Below, in pieces: positions 57,735 through 64,000 of a DNA stretch of 64,000 bases. Under the pieces are notes generated by a model that had not been told where the DNA came from, ran no database searches, and saw nothing but the letters and a program-made list of their open reading frames with translations. A program made the translations under genes and the position numbers. The stretch spans positions 186,001-250,000 of IMG/VR virus record IMGVR_UViG_3300049217_000071. One strand, given 5' to 3'. Numbering within the stretch: position 1 is the stretch's first letter; each line of letters begins with the position of its first letter.

Positions 57735-57777
57735 GTAACTATATGTCGAATTAAACATACGTTACAGCTACTTATCG

Positions 57778-58338
57778 ATGAATACAACCATCTGTTCAAT
57801 ATATAAAATTGTCAATAATATGGACGGCAATGTATATATTGGGCAAACATGGATTCCTGTTCAAGCTAGATTTAGGAGGCACAAGTATGCTTCCAGTAAT
57901 TGCATCAAGCTTGCAAGAGCCATAAAAAAGTACGGAGAAGATAACTTCAAAGTCGAACTAATTACTGTCTGTGGCACCCAAGAGGTTGCAGATTATTTGG
58001 AAGCCTATTTTATCAACAAATTTGACTCTATCAGGAGTGGATACAACATACTGGCTGGTGGTAAGACAAGTAGCAGAAGGGGAGCAAAACACTCCCAAGA
58101 AACTAAGGATAAACTGTCAAAATTAGCCACAGGGCGTAGGCACTCGATCGAGACAAAAGAAACTCTGTCCGCACTAAGAAAAGGCATTCCACTCTCGATC
58201 GAACATAGATCCAAGTTATCAGAGGCTAAGAAAGGCAAAAAGTTCACCGAAGAGCATAAATCTAAATTACTTGGAAATCATAAGGGCATGACGTGGAATA
58301 TAGTAGACGGCAAAAGAGTGTGGATGGAGAAACGATGA
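57778..58338 (+). CDS. GIY-YIG homing endonuclease with NUMOD3 repeats
   Basis: SIYKI..VYIGQT, GYN, HSQETKDKLS repeats. Confidence 0.9.
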   Translation: MNTTICSIYKIVNNMDGNVYIGQTWIPVQARFRRHKYASSNCIKLARAIKKYGEDNFKVELITVCGTQEVADYLEAYFINKFDSIRSGYNILAGGKTSSRRGAKHSQETKDKLSKLATGRRHSIETKETLSALRKGIPLSIEHRSKLSEAKKGKKFTEEHKSKLLGNHKGMTWNIVDGKRVWMEKR

Positions 58339-58568
58339 GCGTCAAATTATTCAATATGTCTAATTTTGAGGACGAAATCTATCGTTCTATGGAAACAACC
58401 CTGGCCAAAAACCAGACGGAAAATACCTACCGGTTCCAAAAACTCGCCAAGGCTGTCGATTTCTTGAACACTGCCGCTGAGATCTTTGATCAAGCTGGCA
58501 TGTTAGAGGAATCTCGTCAAATCACTGAGATTTTACGTAGTTTAGCCAAGGACTTCTCCAATGAATAA
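58335..58568 (+). CDS. Small helical head-region protein, paralog of the next gene's N-terminus
   Basis: ATGA coupling; FEDE..M..KA...L..A.EIF...G. Confidence 0.6.
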   Translation: MSVKLFNMSNFEDEIYRSMETTLAKNQTENTYRFQKLAKAVDFLNTAAEIFDQAGMLEESRQITEILRSLAKDFSNE

Positions 58569-59265
58569 GAAGATGTTTGAGGACGAACTAATCGTTGGTA
58601 TGCAACAAGAGTTGCGCAAGCAAGCTTCGGCCGATCCGCCTAACCTTGTCAAGGCAGCAGAATGTTTGCATGCTGCCCTGGAAATCTTTGAGGGCGTTGG
58701 TTTACAAGCCAAGGCCGATCAAGTCCTACAAGTTTTGGAAGGTATTAGCAAGCAAGCTGTTCCATATTCTAAAGCAGAGAAAGTGCCCGCTCCTGAAGAA
58801 CTTATGGCCGCCGGCATTACGCAGCGCGACATGCAGGGTCTGGCCAAGGGTGATAAATCCTCTGTGGCAAAGTTTAACATTGTCCTACGTCAAATGGGAA
58901 TCTCTGACCATGCCATGGGCCAGCTCATCGGGCCCACCAATGTGATGTCTGAAGAAGATGCCCGCAAGGTCATCAATCCTAACCTCGCATTCAGTAAGGT
59001 ATGGGAAATGCAGGCTGTTGGTCAAGACGTTATGCAGGCTAAGCACAAGCAACCAAGTCGTCCAGATAAGATTCATGATCCTCATACCAAAGGACTCACT
59101 CCTGATAAAGAAGTAGAGAACCTCAAACATCATGGCATTGTTTTTAATATGGCCGATGATGGTGCTGCTGAAGATGCATTAATGAATATGGAAGTCCAAG
59201 ACGATGCTTTGGAAGTTTCCGATCAAGATGTTCCATTAGCTGATTTTGAGGACGAAAGAAACTGA
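58561..59265 (+). CDS. Putative head protein
   Basis: Shares its N-terminal module with 58335; KQAS, KQAV. Confidence 0.55.
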   Translation: MNKKMFEDELIVGMQQELRKQASADPPNLVKAAECLHAALEIFEGVGLQAKADQVLQVLEGISKQAVPYSKAEKVPAPEELMAAGITQRDMQGLAKGDKSSVAKFNIVLRQMGISDHAMGQLIGPTNVMSEEDARKVINPNLAFSKVWEMQAVGQDVMQAKHKQPSRPDKIHDPHTKGLTPDKEVENLKHHGIVFNMADDGAAEDALMNMEVQDDALEVSDQDVPLADFEDERN

Positions 59266-59331
59266 CCGTTTAGATAATCCTTTTGTTTCGTTATATGTAA
59301 TAGAGAGCCATATAGATGACGAAGGATATTT

Positions 59332-60021
59332 ATGCTTAGATTAGTACAAGTTGGTAATACTTTACCCGTCAGTTTTATTTGCGATCCCTCGGCTGAGTTC
59401 CAGCCTGGTATGGTAGCCGAACTTACTGTTATTGGTAATCAGGTAATGGCTACTGTTAGTAATGGAACTGCCCCAATTGGTATTATTGATGATATCAAAA
59501 CCAAAGCTTTTACCAACGTTTCCTGGAATGAAACGGTTATTGTGCCAGCCGTCCCTGCGGTAGGCCCCAACAATACCATCGTTACCCCAGTAGATATCAA
59601 GGCCGAATTACGCCGACCTAACATCATCCCTTCTAGTTTCAATTCTACTGTCAATGTGGTGCTCAATCCTATCAACGGTATTATTACCTTCATAGCGGGC
59701 ACCCCACTCAATATCGATTTAAATGGATCTGGTTCTCCCAATGGTATCAAGGCTATTGTTAGCTACACCTATATGGTATCCAATATTCCAGGTGATGATA
59801 GCACGGCCGGTTCTGGTAGAATGACCGTTTGGTTTGAGAGAATGTTCTTCCAAACCGAACAGTATGAAACTAACCAGCAATATCCAGTGCGCGCCAATGT
59901 GTATGTGAGTGAAGTGGGGCTTCTGACCACTCGTAGGCCAAGCCCAATTCATCCAGCCGTGGGTATGGTAACAGCCCCTCCTACCCCGATGAATGCTATG
60001 GTAGAAATTTTGTGGTTCTGA
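59332..60021 (+). CDS. Beta-rich virion protein (possible head decoration/cement protein)
   Basis: PIGIIDD, DDST.GSGR.TVW, LYVS-like/GLLTT, VGMVTAPP; function is inference. Confidence 0.45.
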   Translation: MLRLVQVGNTLPVSFICDPSAEFQPGMVAELTVIGNQVMATVSNGTAPIGIIDDIKTKAFTNVSWNETVIVPAVPAVGPNNTIVTPVDIKAELRRPNIIPSSFNSTVNVVLNPINGIITFIAGTPLNIDLNGSGSPNGIKAIVSYTYMVSNIPGDDSTAGSGRMTVWFERMFFQTEQYETNQQYPVRANVYVSEVGLLTTRRPSPIHPAVGMVTAPPTPMNAMVEILWF

Positions 60022-60096
60022 CCTAACCTGTTGATTTTGTTACGGTAATCGACTATGGGCCGCTAAAATATGTTCGTAGGTGATATATAGGTTTGT

Positions 60097-60816
60097 ATGG
60101 AAACGCACTACCTATACAAAATCACGGATACGCTAAATAACAAGGTTTACATCGGTCAAACGGCTGATAACAAAAAGAGATGGTCGCAACACAAGGCTTA
60201 CGCCAAACATCCTGAAAAAACGGGCCAATACATCCATCGTGCGATAGCAAAATATGGTGTGGAGAATTTTATATTCGAAATCATTGCTGCCTGCAAGACA
60301 CAAGAAGATACTGATGAAACTGAGAGTGTTCTAATTGAGCAATATGATAGTCGCAATAAAGAGCACGGATATAATCTGATGATTGGTGGCAGCCATGGAG
60401 GACATTCAGAAGAAACGAAGAAGAAACAATCCGATGCTACTTTCAAGCAAATTGCCGAGAAAGGTCATCCCGCCCAAGGCACCAAACGAACTCCCGAACA
60501 AATCCAACATCTTGTGCAAGCTCGTCAAGAAAACCCGGTGGAATATACACCAGAAATCAGACAACGAATGTCAGAAGCACATATAGGACATACGGAGTCA
60601 GAAGAAACCAAGCAAAAGAAATCGGAAGCTGCTACCTCAGATTGGGAGAAACGCAATGCCATCCGAGAGGCAACGGGAGAATTGAAATGCAACGCCCCTG
60701 GTTGTAATATCTCTGGCAGCAAGCAAGCCTACAAAATGATCAATGGTATCAGCTATTGCAACAAGCACGGACTGCGTCTGTGGCGCTATGGCAGACTAGA
60801 TCGCATAAACCCCTGA
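60097..60816 (+). CDS. GIY-YIG homing endonuclease with NUMOD3-like repeats and C-terminal Cys/His motif
   Basis: YLYKIT..VYIGQT..RW..H, GYNL. Confidence 0.9.
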   Translation: METHYLYKITDTLNNKVYIGQTADNKKRWSQHKAYAKHPEKTGQYIHRAIAKYGVENFIFEIIAACKTQEDTDETESVLIEQYDSRNKEHGYNLMIGGSHGGHSEETKKKQSDATFKQIAEKGHPAQGTKRTPEQIQHLVQARQENPVEYTPEIRQRMSEAHIGHTESEETKQKKSEAATSDWEKRNAIREATGELKCNAPGCNISGSKQAYKMINGISYCNKHGLRLWRYGRLDRINP

Positions 60817-60892
60817 ATACCTTTGTGATAATGTTTTGCTGGCCTATGCAAAATCCCGTATAATATTGACAATCTCCACCCGTTGAGGCCAA

Positions 60893-62056
60893 ATGACATT
60901 CAAGCACGTAAAATTCGCGGATTCTCCTACCATGCGATCCCTAGAAAAGGTAGCTTATGACAAAGGCTGGGTCAAACCAGAGCCATTGGTCAGAACATCC
61001 TCTCCAAAGGCGCCTAATTTGGCACCTACTGATAACCTGATGACCAACATACTCAAGTTGTGTGCTGGCCTTCGTGGAACTCAGAGTATGGAAAAGTATG
61101 CTGATGAATTAGAGACCTGCTACCTCAACTACAAGAGTGCCCAAACAATGTATGATGCACACGGTGAAAAAGGTGAAGATGTTATTCACTCGGCTCATCC
61201 AAAGGGGAGCCATAAGTTAGAGGGCGTAGATAGCAGCGAAGCTGTCTTCGAGGATATTCTTGACCAACACGTCAAGTCATTACAGATGATTGAGAAGAAG
61301 CCAAGTGGCAAATTGAGCGACGCTGCCCAGATTATGGGTGCCGTAAAAAAAGCCTTGGGGGCGGAAACAACTCTTGATGAACTTTATGCGACTGCCGGTG
61401 AGGCTTTCCAAAAGTTTAGAAGATTGTATTTTGCCATCGTTCTCAAGCTAGGTGAAGAGGGAACATATAACGAGCAATTTTTAGATGCCGTTCAAAACTA
61501 TAACCTTGGACAAAAAAAGATTGACAGTAGTATTAGGGACTCTGCTTTAGTTAGCTCACTTGATGGTCTAAAAGAAGAAAAGGCCCCAGGAATGTTGTCC
61601 GGTGGTACTGCCAGGGCTACTTGGGCAAATGAAATACTACCAATATTTAAGATTGCTTATCGATATGCAGAACAATTTAGAGATGCTATTGCTAAGATAC
61701 GTACACTGGAAGCAAGATCCGTGCAGCAGTCTACTACTAAAGAATTTGATCCCGAATCTCTTTCTGTTACACCAATTTCTTCCGATCCAACAACTAGCGG
61801 TGTAGCTCAACAATTGCTGCCGCTTTACAATGAGATTACACAAAGTATTGGGCAATCCAAAACTAAAGCTGCCACCCTACCTAATGGCGCCGCCCTTTCT
61901 GTTTGGTTTGACAAGGCTCAACAGCTTGCTAAAACCACTTTCGAACTTGGTTTTCAACAAGCCGCTAAAAATCCTGCGGCAGCTCAACAGCTCTTGAGTA
62001 AACTGACGGATATCAAAGCTAAAGTTGATAGGGCTCAGCAGAAATTATCGGTATGA
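60893..62056 (+). CDS. Putative virion protein
   Basis: GAGG SD; KSAQ; helical module. Confidence 0.55.
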   Translation: MTFKHVKFADSPTMRSLEKVAYDKGWVKPEPLVRTSSPKAPNLAPTDNLMTNILKLCAGLRGTQSMEKYADELETCYLNYKSAQTMYDAHGEKGEDVIHSAHPKGSHKLEGVDSSEAVFEDILDQHVKSLQMIEKKPSGKLSDAAQIMGAVKKALGAETTLDELYATAGEAFQKFRRLYFAIVLKLGEEGTYNEQFLDAVQNYNLGQKKIDSSIRDSALVSSLDGLKEEKAPGMLSGGTARATWANEILPIFKIAYRYAEQFRDAIAKIRTLEARSVQQSTTKEFDPESLSVTPISSDPTTSGVAQQLLPLYNEITQSIGQSKTKAATLPNGAALSVWFDKAQQLAKTTFELGFQQAAKNPAAAQQLLSKLTDIKAKVDRAQQKLSV

Positions 62057-63216
62057 ACAAACAAGCAATAGTCAGTCTGATCAAAAAGATGGGCCAGGGA
62101 TTAGAAGAAGCTCCGGGTCTGGGCGGAGGTTTGGAAGAAGCTCCAGGTCTAACCAAAATCGGACCTACTCCGAGTGGAGGTTTAGAAGAAGCCCCAGGCG
62201 TGACCAGGATAGGGCCAGGTGGTGTCATGCCTGGCACTGTAACCCCACCTTCCGCTAATGCCCTGCATTCTATCAAGGTGATGCAACAGGCTCTTGTTGA
62301 TTTGGCTAGAGACGTCATGCAACAGCTTAGCGTGCAGAACATTGCCCAACCAGGACAGCAGGCCGGACAAGCCGCTGGTAGAAATGCTTTCGGTGATTTT
62401 ATCACCAAAAACTATTTAGCTAACTCTGATGTACCTGGCGTGGAATTCAATCCTGATGCTAATGCACAATACATGGCACAGAAGCAGCCTACCGAGCCTA
62501 GCAAACTCAACGTGGTCATGGATACTATGCGAAGGATTGGCGATCCAAAGACCGGAGAGTTTGCCGTGGATGGTAAGTGGGGACCTCGTACCAATGCAGC
62601 CCTACACAACGCCTATGCTTATGGTTTCGCTTTACTCAAGTTGGCGGGAGACTTTCATTTCCAACCTACTTCCTACACGCCAGAAAATCTAGCCGCTTTC
62701 AGAGGTGAAATCCCGGCAGAATACACGGATTTCGATCTAACACAGAAAGTAGATGCGGCTCCTGACGCTGCTAAACAAATAGAAGCTATTCGTAAGTTGT
62801 TTGGTGAAGTCAAGACCCACATCTTAGAGAAGCCGGCCTATCGAGCCTATATCGAAGGTGACCAACCTCTACATACCTATACAAAACCAGGCTCCGCTTA
62901 CATGCTGGACCCTAAAGCTATTGATAGTATGAGTCAGCAATTCAATACTAGACTTCGTGTTAGCCTCAAGACTCCTAACGGAGGATGGGTGAACCAGCCT
63001 ATCACCGTCAACGATTTGACTAGCTTAGATGCGCTCAAGAAATGGCAACAGGCTCATGCTCCGCAGGCACCACTACCTACTATCCTCAATTCACTCAAAT
63101 CAAATCTCGATATGATGGACGGTAATCATCCTGTCAGTGCTGAACAACCAGTCCAAAGACCACAGCAACCTCAACCTACGCATCGTCAGCATAACAGAAG
63201 ACGCCAAGGCCAATAA
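62053..63216 (+). CDS. Putative virion protein with GLEEAPG x3 repeats and a peptidoglycan-binding-like motif
   Basis: VDGKWGPRTNAAL. Confidence 0.55.
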   Translation: MNKQAIVSLIKKMGQGLEEAPGLGGGLEEAPGLTKIGPTPSGGLEEAPGVTRIGPGGVMPGTVTPPSANALHSIKVMQQALVDLARDVMQQLSVQNIAQPGQQAGQAAGRNAFGDFITKNYLANSDVPGVEFNPDANAQYMAQKQPTEPSKLNVVMDTMRRIGDPKTGEFAVDGKWGPRTNAALHNAYAYGFALLKLAGDFHFQPTSYTPENLAAFRGEIPAEYTDFDLTQKVDAAPDAAKQIEAIRKLFGEVKTHILEKPAYRAYIEGDQPLHTYTKPGSAYMLDPKAIDSMSQQFNTRLRVSLKTPNGGWVNQPITVNDLTSLDALKKWQQAHAPQAPLPTILNSLKSNLDMMDGNHPVSAEQPVQRPQQPQPTHRQHNRRRQGQ

Positions 63217-64000
63217 TGTCTTTTCTACACACCGATCCACAACTACTTAGCGAGTTACTCAAATACGGCCAGAACCCTGACGCCTATGCGCAGCAGACTG
63301 CCAATTTTGCGAACATCCGTCAGTTGATTGGTAATTTGGAAAGCCAACTTGTGCCGGGTGCCGAGAACGAAGTGTCTCACGAGGGTGATCCGGGAACAGC
63401 CGCTGTCCTCCGAACGCAAAACCTAGAGAGCCTAGGAGCTTTGGTCAATTTTTTGGAGACCAACAAGATTACCATCAATGGCAAGAGAATTGCTTACTCT
63501 CCGGGCGAAAATCCGCACACCGAAGATTATGTTCCCTATCAATTAGAGCCGGGTGGATCTTTACTAGAGCCGGTCGACAGAAGCAAAATGACGCAAGGTT
63601 TCGTAGTCAACAAAGATCTCTTAGCTGCTTATCTAGTTTCGCTACAACAGCGTCAACAAGAGAAGCCTAATCCAGTGATGAATGTGATGCTAACTAAACT
63701 GATCAAAGAGACCAATGACCTCTTGGAAACCAAGATCAGTGAGAAGTATGTGGCGCCTGCTAAACCTGGACAAACTGTTGCGCCATCTGGTGCTAAATCA
63801 GAACAATCGGGGGCCGCTGTCCCAGATATGGGCGCTACTTTGGAATACTTGGCCGATTTGGTGCCTTTCAATAGTCAGTTTATCAACCTCGACTCTCTCA
63901 AAGATTTTGCTGATAGGTTTGCCGCCCTCATGCCTAATGATGCTGGTATTACTAATCAAGCTCGTCAAGTGGATCAGTCCATCGGTATTGCTAAGAGTTT
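63216..64000 (+). CDS. Partial ORF running off the window (MSFLHTDPQLLSELLKYGQ...)
   Basis: TAATG coupling; appears open to the window end. Confidence 0.6.
   Translation, partial: MSFLHTDPQLLSELLKYGQNPDAYAQQTANFANIRQLIGNLESQLVPGAENEVSHEGDPGTAAVLRTQNLESLGALVNFLETNKITINGKRIAYSPGENPHTEDYVPYQLEPGGSLLEPVDRSKMTQGFVVNKDLLAAYLVSLQQRQQEKPNPVMNVMLTKLIKETNDLLETKISEKYVAPAKPGQTVAPSGAKSEQSGAAVPDMGATLEYLADLVPFNSQFINLDSLKDFADRFAALMPNDAGITNQARQVDQSIGIAKS

Noticed and set aside
347-63871. Many short antisense or out-of-frame ORFs in the track
   Set aside because: Shadows of longer + strand genes, without SDs or motifs
1-64000. Bacterial chromosome origin suggested by dnaE, recA, tig, dnaJ and def
   Set aside because: These divergent genes are interleaved with terminase, portal, prohead protease, a gp32-like SSB and many orphans in phage-like operons
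1-64000. Alternative genetic code
   Set aside because: Standard-code ORFs tile the window with intact enzyme motifs

Overview
64 kb of a large (jumbo-type) tailed dsDNA phage genome, densely coding in the standard code and almost all on the + strand. About 1-5 kb is an accessory block: an EcoRI-like nuclease, an N6-adenine MTase and HNH nucleases. About 5-32.8 kb covers replication, recombination and proteostasis: peptide deformylase with SEC-C tail, Trx-like protein, CHC2 Zn finger, SbcD/SbcC, dNMP kinase, PD-(D/E)XK nuclease, trigger factor, M41-like peptidase, DnaE, RecA, SSB, RuvC-like, DnaJ, TOPRIM primase and a sigma region-4 protein. About 32.9-64 kb is a head-morphogenesis block: GpA-type terminase, portal, protease-scaffold fusion and many low-complexity proteins, interleaved with a class II nucleotidyltransferase, an SLT lysozyme, a Cys-phosphatase and GIY-YIG/HNH homing nucleases. 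No major capsid protein was recognised. Main observations: (1) an antisense 70-nt tRNA-Ser(GCU)-like RNA with a vestigial D-arm, no long variable arm and no encoded CCA, in the same window as a CCA-type enzyme with an altered templating motif; (2) putative head proteins sharing K-x-A motifs and helical modules; (3) a permuted copy of the scaffold C-terminus in a replication-region gene; (4) a phage set of ribosome-exit factors; (5) a split DnaG; (6) two candidate promoter motifs, one apparently driving leaderless mRNAs; (7) TTAA/CATG/GTAC depletion. All calls come from motifs read by eye; no database searches were run.
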